NCBI GenBank assembly: GCA_903851135.1
Contig: CAINNK010000012.1
Span: forward strand, 4,282-68,281
Reading direction: 5' to 3'
Source of the DNA: an uncultured bacterium
GTDB lineage: Bacteria > Patescibacteriota > Minisyncoccia > Moranbacterales > GWC2-37-73
Length of the DNA stretch: 64,000 nt
Within the stretch, counting starts at the first letter, position 1; each line of letters starts with the position of its first letter. Of this stretch, positions 49,567-58,904 are shown piece after piece. A model generated the notes under the pieces. The model saw only the letters and a program-made list of their open reading frames with translations, made no database searches and had not been told where the DNA came from. The position numbers and the translations under genes were made by a program.

Positions 49567-50691
49567 ATGGATAATAAAAATTCAGTTTCGCACAATCTTG
49601 AAAAGCATGGTCAAATTGAGCATGGCGACTTTTTGCAGTCTCAACCCTGGCGAAAATTCCAAGAAAATACCGGCAAAAAAACATTTCAGCTGGAAAGTGA
49701 GGGTTTTTCGGTTGTTCTCATTCAACATGTTTTACCAATGGTAGGGAAATATTTCTATGCACCCAGGGGACCAATAGCCTCACTTGAAGGCGAGGAATTT
49801 CCAATTTCCAACTCGTCTGCCGACGAGGCAGGTTTTCAATTTCCAACCAATGGACAAAATCCAAAATTCAAAAATAATATAAAAAAGGGGATGCGGGATT
49901 TGGTTGAATTGGCTAAAAAAGAAAAAGCGGGATGGATTAGAGTTGAACCGGAAAATGAGGAAAGTCTGGAATATGCAAGGGATGTGCTTGAAGAAATCCG
50001 CCCAAGGCGGACTGATTACAGAATTGTTAAAGCTCCGCATGACATGCAGCCAAGAGAAATTTTTGTGGTGGATATTTCAAAGTCAGCCCAGCAGCTGTTG
50101 GCTGAAATGAAAAGCAAGACGCGATATAATATTGGAATTGCCCAAAAGAAAGGAGTAGTTGTTCATGCTGGTAACAAAGAAGAGTATATTGAAGCATTTT
50201 TGAAATTAACGAAAGAAATGGCAGCCAGACACGGAATTACAGCCCATCCGGAGCAATATTATTTAAAGATGATTGAAAGTTTACCAGCTGAGATGCTTAA
50301 AATTTATGTGGCGCAGTTTGAAGGAAAAATCATTGCAGCTAATCTGGTTTTATTTTTTGGAAAGACTGCAACCTATTTGCACGGCGCGTCGGGCAATGAA
50401 AATCGCAACGTGATGGCCCCTTTTTTGTTGCAATGGCAAGCAATGCTGGACGCGAAAGAATTGGGTTTTGAAAAATATGATTTCGGAGGGATCTCTACGA
50501 ATTACGAACCAGGTACGAATGTACGAATTACAAATAGAAACTCTTCATGGAGCGGAATTACTGATTTTAAATTAGGTTTTTCGCCACAGACCTTGCCGGT
50601 TGAATTTCCAGGAAGTTATGATATAGTGGTTAATCCAAGGAAATATGGAGCCTATAGGATATTACAGAAATTAAAAATGATTTTTCATTGA
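49567..50691 (+). CDS. FemABX-family peptidoglycan bridge aminoacyltransferase
   Basis: FLQS.PW, YAPRGP, KTRYNI..A.KKGV, YLHGAS, LLQW, YDFGG, FKLGF; carries several repeat insertions. Confidence 0.92.
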   Translation: MDNKNSVSHNLEKHGQIEHGDFLQSQPWRKFQENTGKKTFQLESEGFSVVLIQHVLPMVGKYFYAPRGPIASLEGEEFPISNSSADEAGFQFPTNGQNPKFKNNIKKGMRDLVELAKKEKAGWIRVEPENEESLEYARDVLEEIRPRRTDYRIVKAPHDMQPREIFVVDISKSAQQLLAEMKSKTRYNIGIAQKKGVVVHAGNKEEYIEAFLKLTKEMAARHGITAHPEQYYLKMIESLPAEMLKIYVAQFEGKIIAANLVLFFGKTATYLHGASGNENRNVMAPFLLQWQAMLDAKELGFEKYDFGGISTNYEPGTNVRITNRNSSWSGITDFKLGFSPQTLPVEFPGSYDIVVNPRKYGAYRILQKLKMIFH

Positions 50692-50812
50692 TAAAATTAA
50701 AAATTGAAAAATCAAAATGGAAAATGACATTGAAAAATGTAAAATTTTAAAAGCAGCTACTATTTTTAATTTTAAATTGTCATTTTGATTTTTGAGATTT
50801 GCATTTTACATT
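50692..50812. mobile_element. MITE-like element built from inverted heptamer arrays
   Basis: Reverse complement matches 38990-39112 in both arms. Confidence 0.6.
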
Positions 50813-50819
50813 CATAATT

Positions 50820-52271
50820 ATGCACAAACTAAAAAAAATCATTCCTCAACAATTAAAAAATGTCTATCATCTTCTCCAAGCCATCTTGGCGAATTTTCGC
50901 TATAGTTTTCCCGCCTGCAACGCTATGCGTAGCATTGCGGGCAGGCCTTCTAAAAAAATAAAAGTTATTGGAGTTACTGGCACGGATGGAAAAACCACTA
51001 CTGTTCAGATGATTGTTAGGATTTTGGAAGAAGCCGGAAAAAAGGTGGCAGTTGCTTCCACGATAAATTTCAAAATCAATGGCAAGGAGGAAAATAATTT
51101 GTCGCACTACACGACCGAGTCTTCCTTTGCTTTGCAAAAATTTATTCGCCAGGCGGTTGAAGCTGGTTGTGAGTATCTGGTCTTGGAAGTTTCTTCGCAC
51201 GCCCTTGATCAATACCGGGTTTGGGGTGTTGAGTTCCAGACGGCGGTAATCACAAATGTAACCAGGGAACATTTAGATTATCATAAGACGATGGAGAAAT
51301 ACCGCCAAGCAAAAAAAATCCTTTTTAAAAATGTTGCAAAAAACAAAGGAAACTTAGTTGTCAATTTGGATATGGAAAATCCAGAAGATTTTTTGGATTT
51401 CGAGGCTGATAAAAAGTTTGGATACACAGCAGATAGTTCACGGTCAACAGTTGATGGTTCACGGAAAAATGTAGATTTAAACGTTGTTAAGGCTGAAGAT
51501 ATTGAACTTGGAATTGATGGATCTTCATATAAAATACAAGATACCTGCCTACCGGACAGGCAGGCAATTTCTAATAAAATCCAAATGACCAATGTTGAAA
51601 TCATAAATGCGGAGGAAATTGAGCTTGAAATTTCTGGTTCAGTCTATAAGCTAAAAGCTACATCCTATAAGCTAAATTTGCCTGGTTTGTTTAATATCGA
51701 GAATGCGCTGGCAGCCACTTGTGTGGCCCTAGGTGAGGGGATTGATTTACAAGTAGCAAGTGAAGCTCTTTCGCAAATTAAAGGCGTGGCAGGGAGAATG
51801 GAGGCCGTAGCAAACGATTTAGGGGTCAATATTTTGGTTGATTTTGCCCTGACCCCAAATGCGCTGGAAAAACTCTACAGTTTGCTTTATAGCGTGAAAA
51901 AAGAAGGTTCAAAAATCATTGCTATTTTGGGTTCCTGCGGGGACCGCGACAAAGGGAAAAGGCCACTGATGGGCGAAATTGTGGCAAAATATGCAGACGT
52001 GGTCATTCTTACCAATGAAGAGCCCTACCACGAAAACCCCCAAGATATTATTGATGCAATTTTTGTCGGGATTAAAAACAAAACTGAAAATGAAAATCTC
52101 TGGCGCATTCTTGATCGTCGCGAGGCGATTGCCAAAGCGCTTTCGATTGCGCAAAAAGATGACATCATATGCATCACCGGCATGGGCAGCTTCGAAACGA
52201 TGGTGGTCGGGGACAAAAAATTGCCTTGGAATGACAGGGGAGTGATTGAGGAGGAATTGAGGAAAATTTAG
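50820..52271 (+). CDS. murE: UDP-MurNAc-tripeptide synthetase MurE
   Basis: GVTGTDGKTT, EVSSHAL, TNVTREHLDYH, GRME, GSCGDRD..KRP.MG, DRREAI; carries several insertions. Confidence 0.93.
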   Translation: MHKLKKIIPQQLKNVYHLLQAILANFRYSFPACNAMRSIAGRPSKKIKVIGVTGTDGKTTTVQMIVRILEEAGKKVAVASTINFKINGKEENNLSHYTTESSFALQKFIRQAVEAGCEYLVLEVSSHALDQYRVWGVEFQTAVITNVTREHLDYHKTMEKYRQAKKILFKNVAKNKGNLVVNLDMENPEDFLDFEADKKFGYTADSSRSTVDGSRKNVDLNVVKAEDIELGIDGSSYKIQDTCLPDRQAISNKIQMTNVEIINAEEIELEISGSVYKLKATSYKLNLPGLFNIENALAATCVALGEGIDLQVASEALSQIKGVAGRMEAVANDLGVNILVDFALTPNALEKLYSLLYSVKKEGSKIIAILGSCGDRDKGKRPLMGEIVAKYADVVILTNEEPYHENPQDIIDAIFVGIKNKTENENLWRILDRREAIAKALSIAQKDDIICITGMGSFETMVVGDKKLPWNDRGVIEEELRKI

Positions 52272-52478
52272 TGATCAATATTCAATAGACAATAGGCAGT
52301 ATACAATTTTTTCCATCTCTGTCATCCGAAATGACAACATTTTTATTAGACATAAGCATGAGTCATTGCTGAGCTGGACAAAAGTTTAATTTGTCGCTAT
52401 ACTATATTGTTATGATTAAAAAAGAATTTGAAACATCATAACAATGTTTTTTGAAAAATTATTTAACGGGAGACTATC

Positions 52479-53063
52479 ATGAGCAACAAAAACACGGATT
52501 CTCGGAAATTGGTTGATGTTATACTTGCGCTGGGGATACCCAGTCACGTTATTCAAAAATGGCTAAAGAAGGAGAATAGTGAAGAATTTAGGAAGAGACT
52601 GATGTCTCCAACAAAGGATGATGGGCTGAAATATTTTTTAACAGAGCCAAAGACTATCAAGGCTTGTAGCATTGATAGAAATAAATTTAGAGACAAGTGG
52701 GTGAATGATTGTCTGATTGATTATCAAGGTGGCGTTCAAGTTGCGAAATTTGCAGAAATTATTGAAAGTGGCTTAGGACAATATCTTTTGGATTCTGAAG
52801 ATATTGAAAAATTTGTGGTGAATGTTCAGCAAGCTATCTTATTTGCTGGACAATTTTTCCTAGGGGACCACGGAAAATTTATCGCTTTTGTTAAGGATAG
52901 CGAGGATTACAAGCTTTTTGTTTCCAAAGATAACTACATGAATGAAGGAGAGACAATTGATTGTAAGTTAATACCTTTTTCCGAAAACATGGGGATGTTG
53001 TCACCTTCTATTTCTATCGCAGGCGAGACGTTGCTGCTGTTACCAGAAGGCAGTGTTTTGTAG
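52479..53063 (+). CDS. Hypothetical protein
   Basis: Own promoter (TGGACA-17-TATACT), boxA-like GTTTTTTGAAAA, SD GGGAG. Confidence 0.6.
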   Translation: MSNKNTDSRKLVDVILALGIPSHVIQKWLKKENSEEFRKRLMSPTKDDGLKYFLTEPKTIKACSIDRNKFRDKWVNDCLIDYQGGVQVAKFAEIIESGLGQYLLDSEDIEKFVVNVQQAILFAGQFFLGDHGKFIAFVKDSEDYKLFVSKDNYMNEGETIDCKLIPFSENMGMLSPSISIAGETLLLLPEGSVL

Positions 53064-53176
53064 GGTTTATCGTTTTGCTAACCCTTCCAAGTTTCGCATC
53101 GTCGGACTGGTTTTTTTCATTCTAAAATTAAAAGCATACTTAAATAGTATGCTTTTAAAATTTATTCAAAAAACCT

Positions 53177-53620
53177 TTACTTGAAAAATTGGATTAGAAG
53201 CATTGTTAAAATAAAACCGAGGATGGCGCCGACGATGACTTCACTGACGCGGTGGCCGGTGCGTTCTTTCAGGCGTGGGTATTTGTCGGTGTCGATGTTG
53301 AGTTGTTCAACCAGCATATTGAGATAGCGTCCTTGATCTCCAAGGTGCATGCGCAGACGAGTGGCATCGTCGATAATCAAAAAAGCCAACGCGATGGCGA
53401 CCGCAAATGAGCCATCATTGATACCCTCATAATATCCAACCGAAGTGATGATGGAAATTGCAAAAGCCGTGTGGGCGCTGGGCATGTGTCCGTGGGTAAA
53501 AACATAGCGAACATCCCAACCATGCTTTAAGCTATATAAAACGAACTTAACGATTTGCACCAGAATGCCAACAACAATAGGAATGATAAAAATTGCGTGA
53601 GGTGTGATAAATTTCATCAT
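53177..53620 (-). CDS. Divergent PAP2 family (DUF212) protein
   Basis: GHMPSAHTA, DA..LR...G.QG..LN, LKERTGH...EV..GA.LG. Confidence 0.9.
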   Translation of the reverse strand: MMKFITPHAIFIIPIVVGILVQIVKFVLYSLKHGWDVRYVFTHGHMPSAHTAFAISIITSVGYYEGINDGSFAVAIALAFLIIDDATRLRMHLGDQGRYLNMLVEQLNIDTDKYPRLKERTGHRVSEVIVGAILGFILTMLLIQFFK

Positions 53621-53831
53621 AAATTTTTCTTAATTAGTTAGCTATTTGCTATCAGTATAGCATATTTTTGCCAGTCTGAAGTTGACGAAAGATTTTCCCT
53701 AAAAAGACGTATTAAATAGGCTTATTCAGTCGCTTCTTTCTGGACAAAGAAAAATGAGGTATAATGAACTCAATTAATTTTGCCGCTAGTGAGGTAATAA
53801 TCATTACAACATCGGTTGGCATAAAATTGTT

Positions 53832-54383
53832 ATGACAAGTGGATTAATTATTATCATAATTTTGGTGGTTCTCGTGCTCGCCTTGGTTGGAATGTATAAC
53901 GGACTTATAACTTTGAAAAATAGAGTTGATGAGGCCTGGAGTGATATTGATGTTCAGCTCAAACGCAGACATGATTTGATTCCAAATTTGGTCAGCACCG
54001 TGAAGGGCTATGCGACTCACGAAAAAGAATTGTTTGAAAAAGTGACCCAAGCAAGAACGGCTGCGATGGGAGCAACTGGCCCAGTTGAAAAGGAGGCCGC
54101 TGAGAATGCGCTTTCTGGAACTTTGAAAACTTTGTTTGCAGTTTCGGAAAATTATCCTGATTTGAAAGCTAATCAAAACTTTTTGGAACTTCAAAGAGAA
54201 TTGACTGACACCGAAGACAAAATCCAGGCTTCTCGAAGATTTTATAACGGCAATGTTCGCGATTTTAACACTAAAATTGAAGTTTTCCCAACCAACATCA
54301 TTGCTGGCATGCTAGGATTTGCCAAAAGAGAGTTCTTCGAAGCCAATGCGACTGAGAAGGAAAATGTGGAAGTAAAGTTTTAG
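53832..54383 (+). CDS. lemA: LemA family protein
   Basis: AWSDIDVQLKRRHDLIPNLV, ENYPDLKANQNF, RRFYN, FP.N.IA. Confidence 0.96.
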   Translation: MTSGLIIIIILVVLVLALVGMYNGLITLKNRVDEAWSDIDVQLKRRHDLIPNLVSTVKGYATHEKELFEKVTQARTAAMGATGPVEKEAAENALSGTLKTLFAVSENYPDLKANQNFLELQRELTDTEDKIQASRRFYNGNVRDFNTKIEVFPTNIIAGMLGFAKREFFEANATEKENVEVKF

Positions 54384-54384
54384 C

Positions 54385-54844
54385 TGTTCTATATGTTCTA
54401 GTTGTCGTAATTGATGTAATTGCCTCAATTAAATTGTATGGGAAAGGTTGAATATGGATTTTATCGTTTAGAGGTTTGGAAACTTGGAATGGAATTGGTT
54501 GATTTTGTTTATGAAATTACGAAAAAGTTTCCAAGTGATGAGAAGTTTTCTTTGGTTTCTCAAATGAGGAGAGCGGCAGTGTCTGTTCCGTTAAACATTG
54601 CAGAAGGAAGCATCAAAAGAACGAAGAAAGATTTCGCGTCCTTTGTGAGGATTGCGCTAGGGTCATTAATGGAAACAATGACTTGTCTCGAAATTTCCTT
54701 GAGACAAAAATATATCGTAGCTGAGGATTTTGAAAAAGGGCAAGAAATTATTCAGAACATATATTTTAAATTAATTGCCTTGGATAAGTTTTTAACAAAA
54801 AAATAACAATTACAACATATATAACACCTAGAACATTTAGAACA
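54385..54844 (+). mobile_element. Four-helix-bundle gene unit bounded by inverted 9-mer arrays
   Basis: Left array (TGTTCTATA...) at 54385-54429 and right array (...TTTAGAACA) at 54800-54844; interrupts lemA-htpX. Confidence 0.55.
54438..54806 (+). CDS. Four helix bundle protein (23S rRNA-IVP / Avd-like family)
   Basis: F..LEVWK..M, FP.DEKF.L.SQMRRAAVSVPLNIAEG, F..IALGSL.E. Confidence 0.93.
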   Translation: MGKVEYGFYRLEVWKLGMELVDFVYEITKKFPSDEKFSLVSQMRRAAVSVPLNIAEGSIKRTKKDFASFVRIALGSLMETMTCLEISLRQKYIVAEDFEKGQEIIQNIYFKLIALDKFLTKK

Positions 54845-54846
54845 AT

Positions 54847-55743
54847 ATGACCTTATACGATCAAGCAGATAAAAACACCCGATTAACCTGGATTTATATC
54901 ACAGGTTTTTTGGTTTTTGTGATTGGGGTTGGCTATGTTTTTGCAGGCGCGATGGGCAACAGCGCCATTTTGTATGGTGCCGTTATTTTTTCAATTCTGA
55001 TGAGTTTTGGTTCATATTGGTGGAGCGACAAAATTGTGCTAGCAATGAGCAAGGCCAAAGAAGTGACCCATGAAGACGGCAGAGAAATCTATCACTTGGT
55101 TGAAAATCTTTGCATCACGGCCGGACTGCCAACGCCAAAAATTTATATTATTGAAGATAGCGCCCCGAATGCTTTTGCAACCGGTCGTGACAAAGAGCAC
55201 GGGGTGATTTGTTTGACCACTGGGATAATTGATAAATTAGAGAAAGCTGAATTGGAGGGCGTGCTGGCACATGAACTTTCGCACATTGGCAATCGCGACA
55301 TTTTGCTTTCAACTATTGTGGTCGTTTTGGTCGGGTTTATCACTTTGATGGCGGATTGGTTTCGCAATTGGACGATTTTTGGCGGACGCGACAGAGACAA
55401 TGATCGTGAAGGTGGACAATTGCAAATGATTTTGATGATTGTGGCCATCGTGCTTTCGATTTTGGCTCCGATTGCAGCGATGTTGATGCAATTGGCCATT
55501 TCCCGCAAGCGCGAATTTTTGGCTGATGCTGATGGGGCATTGCTAACACGTTATCCTGAAGGACTGGCGCGCGCGTTGGAAAAAATTTCCGCCGACAGCG
55601 AGCCACTTGAATCTGCCAATCGAGCCACCGCTCATCTTTTTATCGTCAATCCATTTAAGGGCAAAAAAATTTCTAAGCTTTTCATGACCCATCCGCCGAT
55701 TGAGGATCGCGTGGCGGCATTGAGGGGAATGAAAATTAAATAA
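54847..55743 (+). CDS. htpX: Zinc metalloprotease HtpX (M48)
   Basis: PNAFATGR, GVLAHELSHI, SRKREFLAD, LFMTHPP..DR. Confidence 0.95.
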   Translation: MTLYDQADKNTRLTWIYITGFLVFVIGVGYVFAGAMGNSAILYGAVIFSILMSFGSYWWSDKIVLAMSKAKEVTHEDGREIYHLVENLCITAGLPTPKIYIIEDSAPNAFATGRDKEHGVICLTTGIIDKLEKAELEGVLAHELSHIGNRDILLSTIVVVLVGFITLMADWFRNWTIFGGRDRDNDREGGQLQMILMIVAIVLSILAPIAAMLMQLAISRKREFLADADGALLTRYPEGLARALEKISADSEPLESANRATAHLFIVNPFKGKKISKLFMTHPPIEDRVAALRGMKIK

Positions 55744-55843
55744 ATTAAAATTTAAAAATCAAAAATTAAAATTATGGAGTCCTGTTTTGCAGGACAAAAT
55801 CCTTAAATTTTTCATTTTGAAATTTACATTTTCCATTTTTATC

Positions 55844-56344
55844 ATGCAATGGAAAACCCCCAAAAACACTGACAAATATCATTGGACGGCGCACGTGACT
55901 GAAAAGATGCATTATTATGGTCTTTCCGAGCAAAAAGTTTTGGGCGTGATCAGAAATCCCAAGAGAACTGAAACGGGCATTGCTGAAAATACGGTGGCGG
56001 TAATGTTGCCGGTGGGCTCAATTAAAAAAGGAAACGCCAAGCCAAAGTGGGGCAGACCAGTTTTTGGCGATTTTAATAATGAGCAAGAAAATTCTGAAGA
56101 AAAAAATGAAAAGGAAAGTTGGAATCAAGAAATTTGGGTGATGTACCAAATAAAATGTAAAAATCAAAAATCAAAAATCAAAATTTCAATTCAAAATAAA
56201 AATTTAGAAAAGCTTCAAAAACAAATTAATTCAAATAAGCAGTTAATTATCATTTCTGCTTGGCGGTATCCTGGAGTCAGCCCTAAAAATAATCCGATTC
56301 CGGAGGAGATTTTGAGGGAGCTTGAAGAAATTTCATGGAAATAA
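55844..56344 (+). CDS. Hypothetical protein (DUF4258/RelE-like pattern) with heptamer-repeat insertion
   Basis: WTAH..EKM..YGLSEQKV..VIRNP, EIWVMY, IIISAWRYPG. Confidence 0.6.
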   Translation: MQWKTPKNTDKYHWTAHVTEKMHYYGLSEQKVLGVIRNPKRTETGIAENTVAVMLPVGSIKKGNAKPKWGRPVFGDFNNEQENSEEKNEKESWNQEIWVMYQIKCKNQKSKIKISIQNKNLEKLQKQINSNKQLIIISAWRYPGVSPKNNPIPEEILRELEEISWK

Positions 56345-56469
56345 GCCTGGAGCTTATTGGTTGCTCATTTTCTAAAAAGTGGTAAAATATAAATACAAGG
56401 AAAGTGATAATATTATATGGTAAATTAATCAGTTTTCAATATCTTAATTTAATTTTAAATCACAAATTT

Positions 56470-57000
56470 ATGTCAGAAACAAAACATGAGGAAAAAAAGG
56501 ATTCGCAGCACAAAGCGCAAGGTAGTTCAGATATCAAGAGTCTTTTGTCTCAACTCGAGGCATTGTTAGATGAGTATATGGTGAAAAAAGCACCGTTTAC
56601 TTTGCCGAAAGACGCCAAGGAATTTATTGCCAAGGTCTCGCCATATTTGATAATCATTTTTGCAATTATGGCTCTGTCGTTTATATTCTTCACGCTTGGT
56701 CTTTCTGCCTTTGTTGCGCCATTTGCAATGATGGGCGGTTATGGTTACGGACTTGGCTTAAGTTGGAGTTTTGGCACAATTATTGCATTGGTAGTTTCTA
56801 TTATCTCTGTTGTCATTGAATTGATGGCTGTGCCAGGCTTGTTTAAACGCACTAAGAGTTCATGGAGGTTGCTTTTTTATGCCAGCATTGTTAGTTTGAT
56901 CGGAGGTATTCTGTCCATAAATGGTCTCGTTGGCGCAATTATCGGCGCAATTATTGGTTGGTATATCTTGTTTCAAGTTAAAGAACTTTACAAAAAATAG
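56470..57000 (+). CDS. Membrane protein
   Basis: About 4 TM segments; followed by a terminator at 57019-57050. Confidence 0.75.
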   Translation: MSETKHEEKKDSQHKAQGSSDIKSLLSQLEALLDEYMVKKAPFTLPKDAKEFIAKVSPYLIIIFAIMALSFIFFTLGLSAFVAPFAMMGGYGYGLGLSWSFGTIIALVVSIISVVIELMAVPGLFKRTKSSWRLLFYASIVSLIGGILSINGLVGAIIGAIIGWYILFQVKELYKK

Positions 57001-57178
57001 CATTCAATGCGCTTTTTCCAGTAAAAACAGGCCTTGGGCCTGTTTTTACTTTTTGAAACAAGTTTTTTGCAGAGTTGATTTTTTTGTTTTAATATGAGAA
57101 CATAAAGTGTAATTAATGATTCAAAAGATTTGAAAGAACATGCTTAAATGAGCTTTCAAGGTCTTAAATTCAAACAAT

Positions 57179-58645
57179 ATGGTGAAAAAAACAAAAATCG
57201 TGGCAACTTTGGGTTTGGTTTCTGACACTAAAGAAACTTTGCGAGCGATGATTGAAAATGGCATGAACGTGGCGAGACTTAATTTTTCCCATGGCGATCA
57301 TGAGTGGCACGGAAAAGCAATTAAAACTATTCGAGAGTTGTCGGCTGAAATGAATGTGCCAATTGGAATTTTGGGTGACCTGCAGGGACCACGTATCAGG
57401 ACAATGATGGAAGCTCCGATTGAAATCAAAACTGGGGAGTTTATTTTGATCAGTGACGTTGCTAAGGCTCCAAATTTTCAATTTCCAATTTCCAGCTTCC
57501 AAACAATTTCCAATGAACAAATTTCTAGTGATAAGAAGTTGACTTTAGATGCTGGCAACATTGTCGATGATATTGAAGTGGGACATGAGATTTTGATTGA
57601 GGACGGGCTAATGAAGTTGGTGGTGCGCGAAAAAAATGGCGGTGTGATGCTGGGCGAGGTAATTGATGGTGGCACAGTGAAGAATCGCAAGGGAGTTAAT
57701 GTGCCAGATTCACAACTTAAAATCAGCGCCGTGACCGAGAAAGATGAGCGAGATTTGAAATTTTTGATGGAAAATGAAGTTGATTTTATTGGGCTTTCTT
57801 TTGTTGGCTCAGGCGAGGACGTGGAATATTTGCGAGGAAAAATGAAAGAATTTTTGGGAAGAGAGGATAATTTGCCCCAGATCATTGTCAAAGTTGAACG
57901 CAAAGAAGCCATCAAAAACTTGGATGATATTATCGCTAAGACTGATGCAGTCATGGTGGCGCGCGGAGATTTGGGCATTGAAATTGAAGGTACGCGAGTT
58001 GCGGTTTTGCAAAAAGAAATTGTCAAAAAAAGTTTGCAGCACATGAAGCCAGTGATTGTGGCTACTCAAATGCTAGATTCAATGATTGTTAATCCTCGTC
58101 CAACTCGCGCAGAAATTTCCGATGTGACCAATGCCGTGGTTGATCACGCTGACGCTGTGATGCTTTCCGGGGAAAGCGCCGGCGGAAAATATCCGGTGGA
58201 AAGTGTACGCACCATGCGAGATATCATTCAGCACACTGAAGCTTCACCATTTGATGATGTGACGCATTTGCTGGAGCTTGATGGCAATGATGATTTCAAA
58301 AATTTAGTCAAAAGCGCTTTCAGTTTGGCAAGAAATAGTGAATCAAAGGCTATTGTTTTGGCTAGTGTTTCAGGATTTACGGCCAGAATGATGTCACACT
58401 TTAGATCTGAAAAACCACTTTTCGTGGCAACGAACAATGAAAAGACTTATCACCAATTGGCACTGGTTTGGGGAGCTCAGCCATATTTCACCCAGGAAAA
58501 AGAATTGTCAAAAGTTTTGGAAGAAATGATTGACTATCGCAAAAGTACTGGAGAGTTGAAAGATGGAGACAAAGTCATCGCCATCTTTGGCAGTGCCCAT
58601 GATAACAAAGAAAAGATGCAGTTGGTGGGAGTGAAAACAATCTAA
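57179..58645 (+). CDS. pyk: Pyruvate kinase
   Basis: KTKIVATLG, ARLNFSHG, DLQGPRIR, MVARGDLGIE, ATQMLDSM, PTRAE, DAVMLSGESA. Confidence 0.97.
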   Translation: MVKKTKIVATLGLVSDTKETLRAMIENGMNVARLNFSHGDHEWHGKAIKTIRELSAEMNVPIGILGDLQGPRIRTMMEAPIEIKTGEFILISDVAKAPNFQFPISSFQTISNEQISSDKKLTLDAGNIVDDIEVGHEILIEDGLMKLVVREKNGGVMLGEVIDGGTVKNRKGVNVPDSQLKISAVTEKDERDLKFLMENEVDFIGLSFVGSGEDVEYLRGKMKEFLGREDNLPQIIVKVERKEAIKNLDDIIAKTDAVMVARGDLGIEIEGTRVAVLQKEIVKKSLQHMKPVIVATQMLDSMIVNPRPTRAEISDVTNAVVDHADAVMLSGESAGGKYPVESVRTMRDIIQHTEASPFDDVTHLLELDGNDDFKNLVKSAFSLARNSESKAIVLASVSGFTARMMSHFRSEKPLFVATNNEKTYHQLALVWGAQPYFTQEKELSKVLEEMIDYRKSTGELKDGDKVIAIFGSAHDNKEKMQLVGVKTI

Positions 58646-58746
58646 GAATATATGTAGAATGTATTATGTAGAAAGTATAAAGTATGGCATTTTGTAATTA
58701 TGTATTTATACATAATACCTTATACAAAATACATGATACTAGTAAC

Positions 58747-58884
58747 GGAGGGGTCGCAGTGTGGGCCGGATGTGAGCAAGTACGAGCATTCGGCGGGTCA
58801 CAAAAGTGACCCAGGCAAAAATTTAAAACCATTTTTTGTGGAGGCTTTGCCGACATATGAAGTATTGAATTTTTGAGTGCACCA
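58747..58884 (+). pseudogene. tRNA-Ser 5' fragment split in the D-arm by a structured insert
   Basis: GGAGGGGTCGCA (58747-58758) ... GAGTGCACCA (58875-58884) match the intact tRNA on either side of about 116 nt. Confidence 0.45.
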
Positions 58885-58904
58885 TGCAAATTCAGTTTCA
58901 AAGT

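Noticed and set aside
54438-54806. Diversity-generating retroelement
   Set aside because: An Avd-like protein is present, but no reverse transcriptase and no TR/VR pair differing at adenines was seen.
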